A program made the translations under genes and the position numbers. The notes under the pieces were generated by a model. The model was not told the DNA's origin, ran no database searches, and was given only the letters and a program-made list of their open reading frames with translations. Positions 9,529 through 19,411 of a stretch of 64,000 bases of DNA are shown in pieces. Source of the stretch: Sphingomonas sp. Lineage in GTDB: Bacteria > Pseudomonadota > Alphaproteobacteria > Sphingomonadales > Sphingomonadaceae. The stretch's first letter is position 1. Every line of letters begins with the position of its first letter. The stretch lies in assembly GCF_017304615.1 (NCBI RefSeq), contig NZ_JAFKLZ010000001.1, positions 1,450,570-1,514,569 on the forward strand. The letters run 5' to 3'.

Positions 9529-11964
9529 TCAGAAGTGATAGCGGACCGAAACCCCGTATTGCGCCGGCTCGCCATAGATCGCACCGGTCCAGCCGGAGCC
9601 GTAATAGGATGGATTGGCGGTCACCAAATAGTTCCGGTTGGTCACGTTCGTGCCGAATACCGCCAGATCGATGGGCTGCTTGCCGATATTGTTCCATTCG
9701 GCGCGCAGGTTCAGGAGACCATAAGCCGGGATCGTGTCGTAAGGCTGAGAATCCGGCGCGACGCGCTGCGAACTCTGCCACGACCAAGTCGCCTGTAGCG
9801 CGATGCGCCCGACGCTTTCCGGAAGAGGCAGCGTGTAACGCGCGTCGACGCTGTATTTGTGCTTCGGCACATACAGAAACGGCGTGTTGCTGAAGTCCTG
9901 GCTCGGCTGCGTCGACGTGGGAAGCGTGTTCCAGACATCGTATTTGGCGTCGTTATAGGAATACGTGACGCCGAGCTGGAGGGCGCGCGACAAGCGCAGC
10001 TGACCTTCGAATTCGACACCGAACACATGGGCCTTTTGAGCATTCGTCGCGGCGTCGGATCCGAGATAGACTTGGCGCTGCACCACCTGGATGTCGTTAT
10101 ACCAGGTGTAGAAAGCTGCCACGTTCGTCCGAAGACTAACACCACCGCCCAGCGCCCAGTCCCGCTTGAGTCCCACCTCCGCGTCGGTCACCTTCTCTGG
10201 CTTGAACGGGAACAGCGGATCGTTGGCGCCGCTTGGCGACAGAATAAGAATGACCGGGTTGATGCCGCCGCTCTTGTAGCCCCTGCGACTGACCGCATAG
10301 AGCAACGTGTTGTCGTCGGCCTGCCAGTCCAGCCCACCCTGCCAAGTGGGCCCGCCGCTCTTGCCGTCGAAGCCGGGATAGGTGCAGTTGGGATATTTGA
10401 GCGTCGGCAATTGACCTTTGGTCGTAGCGATAAAAGCGTCATAGACGCATAGATTGCTGCCCAGCGCCTGAGTGGTCAGCGCCGTCGGCAGCAGAGCCGC
10501 CGGCACGTTGGCGACAAGATTGGCGAACGACGAAGCGGGCAGATACGAGCTGATGTGCCCGCCATAGGTATCCCAGGTCCACCGATACCCGGCCGTGAGA
10601 CTCAGCCGCGGCGTGATCTTGAAATTGGCGTTGGCGTACAGCGCCTTGCTGGTCCCGTGGACCTCGGCGCGATCCTGCACGCTCAACACCGGGTAGATAT
10701 AGGGGGCGACGGGCAGGATGATCGGCGTCGCAGCGATGCCGAACGGAGCCTGCATCGGATTGATCGTCCGGAACGTTAGCGAATCGTTCGGGGTGCGGTC
10801 CTTCAGGTAGAAGCCGCCGACCTGCAGGCTGAGCCGCGGGCCATTATAGCGCAGCTGAAGCTCCTCGGTGATCGTCCGCAGGTTGTTGTTCCAGCCGCCC
10901 TCGAAGGCGCCATACAGATCGCTGATCGCCAAGCTCGACGCATCGCTGTCCGACGCGGTATTGGATTGGCTGGTCCCGTAACTGAAGATGTTCTTGATCG
11001 AGAAGGTGTCGGAGAGCTTGAGTTCACTGTTGTTGAGGATCAAGAAAGAGCGAGCAATGTCCTTGGTTGGGGTGCTTAGCGAAATGTTGCGATTACCCCT
11101 CGCCTGTTGCGCCGCGAGCAGCGGCGTCAGCAGCGCCCCATAGGTTTTGGCGGGGTTAACCGCGAGCAGCACGGTACCGCCGCCATTCTCGTCGACCGCG
11201 CGGTAGGAGATTGCGGTGTAGCTGGTGAAGTTAGCGCTCGGGTTGAACTGGATGCCAATGCGGCCGCTCCAATTGTCGCGGTTGAGATAATCGCGCTTGG
11301 TGACGATATCCTTCACATAGCCGTCGCGGAAGTCGAACTGGCCTGCGACGCGGACCGCGAGCACGTCACCGATCAGCGTAAAATTGGCGGCGCCATTGCC
11401 GCTCATCCGGTTAAAGCTGCCGAGCGTCTGCTCGAAATAGCCGGAAAAGCCGTCGAAGTCGGGCCGCTTGGGCTCGATGAGCACCGCACCGCCGGTAGAA
11501 TTGCGACCGAACAGCGTTCCCTGCGGCCCTTTCAGCACCTGCAGGGACTGAAGGTCGTAAAAGACGCCGGGACCGCTCGCCGTATTGGGCACTTCCGCGA
11601 AGTAGGCGACCACGCCCGGGCCACTCCCCGTGCCGGCCCCACCGCTGCCGCCCATTCCGCGCAGGGTAAATTGCTCCTGGTTACGACTGACATGGCCGAG
11701 GACCGACAGCGAGGGCGTGAAGTTCTGAAGGTCGGTAGCGTTGCCGATCGCCTTGCTGCGCAAATCCTCTTGGCTGAGCGCGGTGACCGAAACGGGCACC
11801 TTTTGGCTGCGCTCCTCGGTCCGGCGGGCGGTGATGATGATGTCCTGAATCTGATCGTCACTTGCTGTCGGCTCGGCTGGGGCGGTCTGCGCCACGGCCG
11901 GCATTGCTCCGATCGTCAGCGCCAAGGGCGCCGCTCCAAAAAGTAGCGCAGTCGTGCGGATCAT
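9529..11964 (-). CDS. TonB-dependent receptor
   Basis: ATG 11964 is preceded by AGGGGAGGA. Signal peptide MIRTTALLFGAAPLALTIGAMPAVAQ. Plug-region motif DIIITARR. Long beta-barrel ending in the aromatic terminus ...VSVRYHF. Confidence 0.9.
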   Translation of the reverse strand: MIRTTALLFGAAPLALTIGAMPAVAQTAPAEPTASDDQIQDIIITARRTEERSQKVPVSVTALSQEDLRSKAIGNATDLQNFTPSLSVLGHVSRNQEQFTLRGMGGSGGAGTGSGPGVVAYFAEVPNTASGPGVFYDLQSLQVLKGPQGTLFGRNSTGGAVLIEPKRPDFDGFSGYFEQTLGSFNRMSGNGAANFTLIGDVLAVRVAGQFDFRDGYVKDIVTKRDYLNRDNWSGRIGIQFNPSANFTSYTAISYRAVDENGGGTVLLAVNPAKTYGALLTPLLAAQQARGNRNISLSTPTKDIARSFLILNNSELKLSDTFSIKNIFSYGTSQSNTASDSDASSLAISDLYGAFEGGWNNNLRTITEELQLRYNGPRLSLQVGGFYLKDRTPNDSLTFRTINPMQAPFGIAATPIILPVAPYIYPVLSVQDRAEVHGTSKALYANANFKITPRLSLTAGYRWTWDTYGGHISSYLPASSFANLVANVPAALLPTALTTQALGSNLCVYDAFIATTKGQLPTLKYPNCTYPGFDGKSGGPTWQGGLDWQADDNTLLYAVSRRGYKSGGINPVILILSPSGANDPLFPFKPEKVTDAEVGLKRDWALGGGVSLRTNVAAFYTWYNDIQVVQRQVYLGSDAATNAQKAHVFGVEFEGQLRLSRALQLGVTYSYNDAKYDVWNTLPTSTQPSQDFSNTPFLYVPKHKYSVDARYTLPLPESVGRIALQATWSWQSSQRVAPDSQPYDTIPAYGLLNLRAEWNNIGKQPIDLAVFGTNVTNRNYLVTANPSYYGSGWTGAIYGEPAQYGVSVRYHF

Positions 11965-12026
11965 TATCTTATCCTCCCCTCGTCTCTCGAGACTCTTGCT
12001 CGATGTCACAGTCACCTAGTCATCTA

Positions 12027-12052
12027 TGAAACGCATTTCAACAAAAGTTTCA
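12027..12052. promoter_or_regulatory. candidate LacI-family operator in the divergent TBDR/LacI intergenic region
   Basis: TGAAACGCATTTCA (12027-12040) matches the TGnAAnCGnTTnCA-type LacI/CcpA palindrome at 6/7 per half-site. TGAAAC and GTTTCA also form a perfect inverted repeat at 12027-12032 and 12047-12052. Confidence 0.35.
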
Positions 12053-12103
12053 TCCGATGGCTCGGTCGTTGCGAGAGGGTCGGAGATCACCTACGAATGC
12101 CGT

Positions 12104-13135
12104 ATGGCGAGGAAAGCAGAGGAGCGGGGAATAAAGCGCGCGACGCGCCCGACGATGGACGACATCGCGCGCTTGGCCAGTGTCTCCAAGCCGACCGTGT
12201 CGCGCGTTCTGAACGGCAGCACGCTCGTCAACGCCAAGACCCGCGAACGCGTGTTGGAGGTCGCGCGGGCGCAGGGTTATTCGGTCAATCGCAACGCCCA
12301 GAACCTGCGGCAGGAGCGCGCGAACGCGATCGCGGTAGTACTCGATTTCGGTTCCCACCGCCACGGGGCGATCGGGGACCCGTTCATCTTCGAACTGCTG
12401 GCCGGCGTGTCGGAGGCGCTTTCCGTCCGCGACGTCGGGCTTCTCCTGTCGCCAGCCGGCCTCGATACCGTTGAGGGCTTTGTCGATCTCTACCGGTCGC
12501 GCGGGGCGGACGGGTTCATTGTCTTGGGCCAAGGCTCTCGCGACGCCATGCTCCGGGAGGTGGCCGAGCGAGGCGTCCCAATGGTGGTCTGGGGGGCGGT
12601 CAACGACGAAGCCGGCTACTGCGCGGTGGGGAGCGACAATTTCCGCGGCGGCAAGCTCGCAGGCGAGCGGTTCCTTTCGCAGGAGCGCAGGCGCTGGCTT
12701 TTCGCCGGCGACGTTGGACACGAGGAGATAAACCTGCGCTTTCGTGGCCTTCGGGCGGCGGCTGCGGGCCGGGAAGACGTCACGATCGATTCGCTGATGG
12801 TCGGGTCGATGGCATTCTCCGAGACGTTCGAATGTGCGCGGACATATCTGGAGAACCATCCGACGCCGGACGCCGTGTTCGCGTTCTCCGACACAGCCGC
12901 GATGGCGATCATCGGGGCGTTCAGCGCCAAGGGATATCGCGCGCCCGACGATTACTCTCTCGTCGGCTACAACAATATCCCGCCGGCAGCGTTGTTCACC
13001 CCTGCGATTACCACGATCGAACAGCAGACTTTGGTCGCGGGGGCTATCCTGGTGGAGAAGCTGATACAGACCCTGAACGGCGCGCGCGCGAAGTCGGTGA
13101 TGCTGCCTACCAGGCTGGTCGTGCGCGACACCTAA
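12104..13135 (+). CDS. LacI-family transcriptional regulator
   Basis: HTH motif MDDIARLASVSKPTVSRVLNGS followed by a periplasmic-binding-protein-like sugar domain. The start is uncertain (ATG 12104 or 12155). ATG 12026 overlaps the operator-like palindrome. Confidence 0.85.
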   Translation: MARKAEERGIKRATRPTMDDIARLASVSKPTVSRVLNGSTLVNAKTRERVLEVARAQGYSVNRNAQNLRQERANAIAVVLDFGSHRHGAIGDPFIFELLAGVSEALSVRDVGLLLSPAGLDTVEGFVDLYRSRGADGFIVLGQGSRDAMLREVAERGVPMVVWGAVNDEAGYCAVGSDNFRGGKLAGERFLSQERRRWLFAGDVGHEEINLRFRGLRAAAAGREDVTIDSLMVGSMAFSETFECARTYLENHPTPDAVFAFSDTAAMAIIGAFSAKGYRAPDDYSLVGYNNIPPAALFTPAITTIEQQTLVAGAILVEKLIQTLNGARAKSVMLPTRLVVRDT

Positions 13136-13182
13136 CGACCGCGGCGGCAAACGAACGGGGTAATCTGCCGTCTTCTGCGGTA

Positions 13183-14451
13183 TCATTTCGTGGCGGGCCG
13201 AAGCCCGACCCTCGCCGCTCCCTTCGGGTCGATCACGTTTCCGATACCCTCACGAAACAGCCCCTCGCCGGTGATCAGTACTGCGACGGCCACTAAGTAA
13301 GCGCCTGCCAGCGACGCGATCCCCGCCGCCAGACCGAACTGATCACCGGCGCGCGCCACCACAACCGGAGCGATGCCGCCGCCCACGAAACCCAGCGCCG
13401 TCATTAGGCCAACGGCGGTGGCTCGGGCGCGGGGGGCGACAATATCGTGCATTGCTGCGTAGATACATCCATCGAACACGCCTTTGCCCAGGCTGGAGGC
13501 AACGAGAACGGCCGCTACCCCGCCGGCCGTGGAAACGTACAGCAAAGGCACCAAACACAGACCCGCTACGCCCAGTCCGATCGCTAGCGCGTGAAACCGG
13601 CCGTTGGGCCGCCGTCGCGCCAGCGCATCGGCCAGCCAGCCACCGACCGGCACCGCACAGAAACCGGCGATGTTGATCGTCGCCGATCCCAGCAGCGCCG
13701 AGCCAGTGAGATCGAGCTTGAGGAAGTCGTGCGCAAAAGTCGGTGCCCAGACCATGACGCCGGTCGAGGCACCGTTGGCGAGGAAAAACACACCGCACAG
13801 GGCCAACACGGCCGGATTGCGCAGAAGCTCGCGGAACCGCCCCGTGCCGTCGATTTTCGGCCCGCGCTCGGACGGCGCATCGGCAAGCGCCCGGCGAAGC
13901 AGGAGTGCCCAGACTATACCGGCGACGCCGAACACGAGGAACGGCGCGCGCCACCCGAGCCGGTCCGCGATCAACCCGGCCGCCAGAGCACCAAGGCCTG
14001 CCCCGGCGAACAGGCCGGTCTGATGCAGTGCCAGCGCCCGACTCCGCATCTTGCCGGGGTGCCATTCGCTGATGAGCGCGGTCGCGCTGGGATAGTAGCT
14101 TGATTCGCCCACCGCGACCGCCGCGCGGATCGCCAGCAGCGTCGCGAACCCGCCCGCCAGGGTCATACAGCCCGTGGCGAGGCTCCAGACGATCAGGCCG
14201 TAAGCGATAACGCGAGATCGTCGCCACACATCGCCCATCCGTCCCGACACGAACACCGCCGCCGCGTAGACCCAGAAGAACGTGGAGTTGATGAGAGCGA
14301 GATGGGTGGCGTCGAGTCCGAACTCGTCCCGGATGCGCGGCATCGTGGCGACGAGGATCGACCGATCCGCTGCATTGAGAAACGATGCCACCCACAGCAG
14401 TGCGACCAGTAGCCACGGATACATGTCCCGTCGAGGTTGCACTCTCGTCAC
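13183..14451 (-). CDS. MFS transporter (anion/organic-acid:cation symporter-like)
   Basis: 422 aa, multi-TM, with motifs such as GRMGDVWRRSR between TM2 and TM3. Alternative ATG start at 14424. GTGA overlap with the glycerate kinase stop. Confidence 0.8.
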   Translation of the reverse strand: MTRVQPRRDMYPWLLVALLWVASFLNAADRSILVATMPRIRDEFGLDATHLALINSTFFWVYAAAVFVSGRMGDVWRRSRVIAYGLIVWSLATGCMTLAGGFATLLAIRAAVAVGESSYYPSATALISEWHPGKMRSRALALHQTGLFAGAGLGALAAGLIADRLGWRAPFLVFGVAGIVWALLLRRALADAPSERGPKIDGTGRFRELLRNPAVLALCGVFFLANGASTGVMVWAPTFAHDFLKLDLTGSALLGSATINIAGFCAVPVGGWLADALARRRPNGRFHALAIGLGVAGLCLVPLLYVSTAGGVAAVLVASSLGKGVFDGCIYAAMHDIVAPRARATAVGLMTALGFVGGGIAPVVVARAGDQFGLAAGIASLAGAYLVAVAVLITGEGLFREGIGNVIDPKGAARVGLRPATK

Positions 14452-15743
14452 GACGGCTTACCCGCCGCCGGCTCGACGAGGATCACCCGGAAGTCGTTGA
14501 CGTTCGTGAGCGTCGGCCCCGTAACCACCAGGTCACCTAGCGCCGCGAAGAAAGCATAAGCGTCGTTGCGGGCAAGATGGTCCAACGGGTCGAGCCCGAG
14601 AGCGGCGGCGCGCGATAGAGTGTCGGGCAGGATCATCGCGCCCGCCGCGTCTTCCGTGCCGTCGATCCCGTCCGTGTCGCAAGCAAGCGCACTGATCCGC
14701 CGGTCGCCACCGAGCGCGATGGCCATGCCCAGCAGATACTCCAGATTGCGACCGCCGCGGCCGTGAGGATTGACCACCGTGACGGTGGTCTCGCCACCCG
14801 ATATGATCGCTCTGCGGCTGCTGTCGGCAGCAAGCCGCCGCGCCAGCGCAGCATGGCTAGCCCCGAGATGACGCGCCTCTGCCTGCAACCGGTCGCCGAG
14901 ATTCGTGACGGCGAATCCTTCCTGCTCGGCAAGTTCGCAAGCCGCAGCCAGCGCATCGCGCGCATTCGCGACGATCTCCGTCTGACAGCCGGCGAGGCCA
15001 AGCGCGTCGGGCGAGGGCGTCTCGTTGGCAGGATCCGCCAGGGCGGCAGCCACCGAAGGTGGAACGTCGATGCCGTAACCCGATACGATCGCCCTGGCCT
15101 CGGCCAAGCCGCCCGCATCGGCCACCGTCGGCCCCGACGCCACGAACGCGGGATCATCGCCTGGAACGTCCGAGATGATGTAGGTCGTAGTCCGTGCCGG
15201 TCCGGCGGCGATGGCAAGTCGCCCGCCCTTAATTCTCGAAAGGCGCTTCCGCAGCGTGTTGATCTCGCCGATCGTCGCGCCTGACCGCAGGAGCGCCCGC
15301 GTGACCGCCTGCTTGTCCGCCAGCGTGACGCCGGCGACGGGCGCCGCTGCCAGTGCCGATCCGCCTCCCGAGAGCAGCAGGACCAGCCGGTCCGCCGCGC
15401 CCAGTTGGTCCGCCAACTGCAGGGCGCGCTCGGCGGCACGGACCGACTGGCTGTCGGGAACGGGGTGTCCGGCCTCGATCACCTCGACGACCGCCGGAAA
15501 CTGGTGATGGAGAAGATGGCCATGGCGCGTCACGACGAGCCCGGCGTCCGGCGGACCCGCGCGGTCGATGGCCACGCGCATCATCGCCGCCGCCGCCTTG
15601 CCGATTGCGACGAAGGCGACCCGCCCCCCGTCGCTGCGCGGCAGCGAGGCAGGCATCACCGTCTCCGCGGAGACGGCCGAGACCGCGCGATCGAACAGCG
15701 AGCGCATCGCCTGCCGCTGCTCATCGAATTGCCCTTCGCTCAT
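14448..15743 (-). CDS. glycerate kinase / hydroxypyruvate-reductase-like protein (DUF4147 + MOFRL domains)
   Basis: ATG 15743 (MSEGQFDEQRQAMRSLF) is preceded by GGAG. C-terminal ISGGETTVTV...GRGGRNLEYLLG...CDTDGIDGTEDAAGA is typical of MOFRL glycerate 2-kinases. Confidence 0.75.
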   Translation of the reverse strand: MSEGQFDEQRQAMRSLFDRAVSAVSAETVMPASLPRSDGGRVAFVAIGKAAAAMMRVAIDRAGPPDAGLVVTRHGHLLHHQFPAVVEVIEAGHPVPDSQSVRAAERALQLADQLGAADRLVLLLSGGGSALAAAPVAGVTLADKQAVTRALLRSGATIGEINTLRKRLSRIKGGRLAIAAGPARTTTYIISDVPGDDPAFVASGPTVADAGGLAEARAIVSGYGIDVPPSVAAALADPANETPSPDALGLAGCQTEIVANARDALAAACELAEQEGFAVTNLGDRLQAEARHLGASHAALARRLAADSSRRAIISGGETTVTVVNPHGRGGRNLEYLLGMAIALGGDRRISALACDTDGIDGTEDAAGAMILPDTLSRAAALGLDPLDHLARNDAYAFFAALGDLVVTGPTLTNVNDFRVILVEPAAGKPS

Positions 15744-15862
15744 CCCGCTCCTACCGTACCAGGCCCTTCCCGGACCCTCTAACTTGCGCATGCTGGCCGA
15801 TGCGAGCCATGTTCAATAGCGCTCGTTTGGACAACGGAATGTTCCGATCAGAGCAACCGATC

Positions 15863-16768
15863 TCAATGTGGCTCCCATGACAGGCGGCGGCGGAGCCGCT
15901 CAACGAGGAAGTCGATCAGCGTGCGGACTCTGACCGGAATGCTCTTGGGGTCCGCGAACAACGCATAGAAGTCGAGCATGTTCGACTGCCACCCGGGCAG
16001 CACCTCGAGGAGCCTGCCTTCGGCCAAGTCCGTTTTGCAGAGGAAGCCGGGAAGGCTTGCGATCCCCAGTCCCGCTAGCGTTGCCTGGCGCAGAAGCGAC
16101 AGGTCGTTGGTCGCCAACCGCGCCGCGAACTCCACGGTCGCCTCGGCGCGGTCGCGATGCAGCTGCCAGCGATGCCGCCTGTCCATCCCGCCGAGCGCGA
16201 GGAGGTCGAACCGGGGGAGCTCGATATGGTTCTGCGGCATTCCCATCCGCTCCGCGAGCTCATGGGCGCAGAACAGCCCGCACTCGGCGCTGCCCAGCCG
16301 CGTCGCGACGAGACCTGAATCCGCAAGTGGTCCTACCTCGATCGCGATGTCGAAACCGTTCCTCAACATGGCGATGCCCTCGTCGCTCACGACGGTCAGC
16401 AAGCGAACGTCGGGATACTGCGCGAGGAACTCCGCGAGCAGAGGTCCTAGCAGGCTCTGACTGAGCGCGTGCGGCACGACGATTCGTATGATCCCTTGGG
16501 GATAGCGCTGCTGGCTCTGCAGCGCGCGCTCGCCGTCGCGAAGCACGCCAATCGAGCGCAGGCAGTATTCAAAGAATAGCGCGCCGTCCTCGGTCGCCGT
16601 CACCGCCCGTGTGTTGCGGCGGAGCAACTGGGTTTCCAGATGGTGCTCAAGACGCGTGATTCGCCTACTGACGCTGGACTTGGGCAGTCCCAGCTGCTCG
16701 CCGGCCCTGGTAAAACTTCCGGTTTCGACTACCTTGGCAAAGACCGTCAGATCCCCAAAATCGAGCAT
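15863..16768 (-). CDS. LysR-family transcriptional regulator
   Basis: N-terminal HTH LTVFAKVVETGSFTRAGEQLGLPKSSVSRRITRLE plus a LysR substrate-binding domain. Confidence 0.9.
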   Translation of the reverse strand: MLDFGDLTVFAKVVETGSFTRAGEQLGLPKSSVSRRITRLEHHLETQLLRRNTRAVTATEDGALFFEYCLRSIGVLRDGERALQSQQRYPQGIIRIVVPHALSQSLLGPLLAEFLAQYPDVRLLTVVSDEGIAMLRNGFDIAIEVGPLADSGLVATRLGSAECGLFCAHELAERMGMPQNHIELPRFDLLALGGMDRRHRWQLHRDRAEATVEFAARLATNDLSLLRQATLAGLGIASLPGFLCKTDLAEGRLLEVLPGWQSNMLDFYALFADPKSIPVRVRTLIDFLVERLRRRLSWEPH

Positions 16769-16806
16769 GCGGATTTCCCTTGTTTGCTGCGCATGGCTAG
16801 GTCATT

Positions 16807-16823
16807 GTTGCGCATTCGGCAAC
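16807..16823. promoter_or_regulatory. candidate LysR box (T-N11-A dyad)
   Basis: GTTGCGCATTCGGCAAC is a GTTGC-N7-GCAAC inverted repeat containing TGC-N7-GCA (T-N11-A). It lies between LysR (start 16768) and the divergent TBDR (start 16936). Confidence 0.35.
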
Positions 16824-16935
16824 GAACCGTTGTGATTTTCCTGTATAGCGTTTTACGCTGTCGCCTTTCACTCTTGCGATAACGACGCCGAGAAATCGGT
16901 GCGACCGGTCATCGACCGCATTCGGGGAGGAAGAT

Positions 16936-19410
16936 ATGAAAGCGCAGAAAACCCTGTTGTCGACGTCACGCGCGGCCCTTCTGTCGGGTGCCGCCCTGTT
17001 CGCGCAACCTTCGTTTGCACAAGAGGCCGTCACTCCGGCACCTGCTGCGCCGCAGACCTCGACCACCGACGACGCGCAGCCCGACATCATCGTCACCGGT
17101 ACCAGCGCGAAGCGCGCCGCGCGCGACACCCCACTGTCGGTGACAACGCTCGACGCTGTTCAGCTCCAGCGCACTGCCGCGTCCAGCCAGGCGGACATCC
17201 TCAACACCGTGCCGTCAATCAAGGCGGAGGGCGGCGGCGGCGAAGTCGCGGTCAACGTCTTCGTAAAGGGGTTGCCGCTTGGAGGTACCTATCAGCTCAC
17301 CCCCCTGCAATATGACGGCATCCCCGTACTCAGCGCGTTCGGGCTCAATTCGTCGGCCTACGACGTCTATTATCGCAACGACCTGGGCATCGAGCGGCTC
17401 GAGTTCGTCCGCGGCGGGGTTTCGAATCTCTTCGGCTCCGGTTCGGTGGCCGGTTTGATCAACTACATCTCGCGGACTGGAAGCGACCGGCCGCAGGGCA
17501 CGCTTCAGGTCGAATGGGCCGAGAAGGGCCGCGTTCGCGGTGACATCGCCCTGAGTGGCCCACTCGATGCCAATGCCGGCCTCTACTACGCAGTGTCAGG
17601 TTACTACCGGAATGACGATGGCCCCATCCGCACGGGGCTTCCGACCAAGGGCGGACAGATCCGCGCCAACATCAAGAAAGAATTCTCGGACGGTTCCGGC
17701 TTCGTCACGCTATATGGTCAATACATCAAGGATCGCGTGCAATTCTACCTGCCCTTTCCTTTAGACGGAACAACGCGTGAACGCATACCGGGCAATGACG
17801 GCAGCCTCGTCAACTCGGTCCAAACGGCTGCAGTGAGCAACCTCGGCTTCAACACTCCCGCTGGACGGTTCCAGACGTCCATCGCTGACGGCGTCTATAC
17901 GAACGGCGGTCAAGTCGCACTGGAGTTCAACAAGCAGTTTGGTGACGGTTGGGGATTGAACGGCAAGGCGAAATACTCCCAATATGCCCACAAGTTCGGT
18001 TTCTTCCTCGATGGCGACGGCGTGGCGAACGTGCCGCAGACCCAGGCCGGATTCCTTGCGCTTCGCAGCCTACCGACCAACGCCACGTTCACCTATGCCG
18101 ACGACGGGTCAGCTGTCGCGGCTAGCGCGCTGCTATTCGCCAACCGTTTCCAGGACCGTATCCGGCCGAACCACGACACCACCATCGAGCTCAACCTGAC
18201 CAAGAAGATCACGAGCGGTGGGATCACGCACAACCTGACCTTGGGCGGTTACTTCGCCGACGCCTGGGCGCGCGACAACACGATCACCACCGCCTACCTC
18301 GCGGCCTTCAACAACCAGCCCCGACTCATCAACCTGACGGTGCGCGACAGCCTCGGCAATCCGACGGTCATCTCGAACGGCGGACTGCTCGATGCCGGCC
18401 TCGGCTATACCAACAACACCGCGGCGCAGTCGCGCTACGCGGTCTATCTTGCCGACCAGATCGAGGCCGGGCGACTGGTGGTGGACTTCGGCGGGCGCGT
18501 CGAATGGACCGATGGCGAGATCGGTCGCGCGCAGACGGCAACCTACATCACCGATACGACCACGCCTAACTTGTCGACTGCCCTACGCAACGTCGTCTGG
18601 GAGAACGGCACAGTGGTGTCGGGCAAGGTCAAGGCCTCTAGCTGGGCGCTATCGGCGGGCCTGCTCTACAAGATCTCGCCGAACCTCAACGTCTATATGA
18701 ACGCCAACCGCGGCTTCTTCTTCCCTGCGCTCAACTCGATCTCGATCAGCGCGTCAGGCCAGACCCAATCCTATCAGCCGGAGATCATCCGGCAGGCCGA
18801 AGCCGGCCTCAAGTTCGGCGGCGGCCGGGTAAACGGCTCGCTCTCCGTATTCTACAACGACCTCAAGAACCGCCGCACCGTTCTGCTCGTGAATACCGGA
18901 AATGGCGGCGTCACCGAACAGGTGACCGTGGTTTCGACCCGAGCCTATGGCGTCGAAGCAGTATTGGGCGTCAAGCTGTTCGACCATCTGCGCTTCGACG
19001 GCAACGTCAGCCTGATCGACGACAAGTTCACGTCGCTCGACATCACGCCGCAGTTCATCGGCAACAAGGAACCCCGACAGCCCAACGTGCTCTATAACGC
19101 CGGGCTCTATTACGACGATGGTGCGTTCGATGCGTCGATCGCGAGCACCTATACCGGTCCGAACTACACCGACAATTCCAACGCGATCCGGCTCGGTGGG
19201 TTCAGTACTTGGCGTCTGATTGCCGGCTACAAAATTCCCACCGGGAACCGACAGGGCCTGCGGCTTGGCGTCGATGTCTATAATCTGTTCAACAGTCACG
19301 GCATCACTGAAGGTTCGCCGCGCCAGGTATCGCAGACGATTGGTGCTTATTTTGTAGGGCGTCCGATCCTACCGCGCCGTATCTCGGCCAAGCTTACCTA
19401 CACGTTCTGA
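16936..19410 (+). CDS. TonB-dependent receptor
   Basis: RBS GGGGAGGAAG. Signal peptide ...ALFAQPSFAQ. Motif DIIVTGTS. Ends in KLTYTF. Confidence 0.9.
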   Translation: MKAQKTLLSTSRAALLSGAALFAQPSFAQEAVTPAPAAPQTSTTDDAQPDIIVTGTSAKRAARDTPLSVTTLDAVQLQRTAASSQADILNTVPSIKAEGGGGEVAVNVFVKGLPLGGTYQLTPLQYDGIPVLSAFGLNSSAYDVYYRNDLGIERLEFVRGGVSNLFGSGSVAGLINYISRTGSDRPQGTLQVEWAEKGRVRGDIALSGPLDANAGLYYAVSGYYRNDDGPIRTGLPTKGGQIRANIKKEFSDGSGFVTLYGQYIKDRVQFYLPFPLDGTTRERIPGNDGSLVNSVQTAAVSNLGFNTPAGRFQTSIADGVYTNGGQVALEFNKQFGDGWGLNGKAKYSQYAHKFGFFLDGDGVANVPQTQAGFLALRSLPTNATFTYADDGSAVAASALLFANRFQDRIRPNHDTTIELNLTKKITSGGITHNLTLGGYFADAWARDNTITTAYLAAFNNQPRLINLTVRDSLGNPTVISNGGLLDAGLGYTNNTAAQSRYAVYLADQIEAGRLVVDFGGRVEWTDGEIGRAQTATYITDTTTPNLSTALRNVVWENGTVVSGKVKASSWALSAGLLYKISPNLNVYMNANRGFFFPALNSISISASGQTQSYQPEIIRQAEAGLKFGGGRVNGSLSVFYNDLKNRRTVLLVNTGNGGVTEQVTVVSTRAYGVEAVLGVKLFDHLRFDGNVSLIDDKFTSLDITPQFIGNKEPRQPNVLYNAGLYYDDGAFDASIASTYTGPNYTDNSNAIRLGGFSTWRLIAGYKIPTGNRQGLRLGVDVYNLFNSHGITEGSPRQVSQTIGAYFVGRPILPRRISAKLTYTF

Positions 19411-19411
19411 C

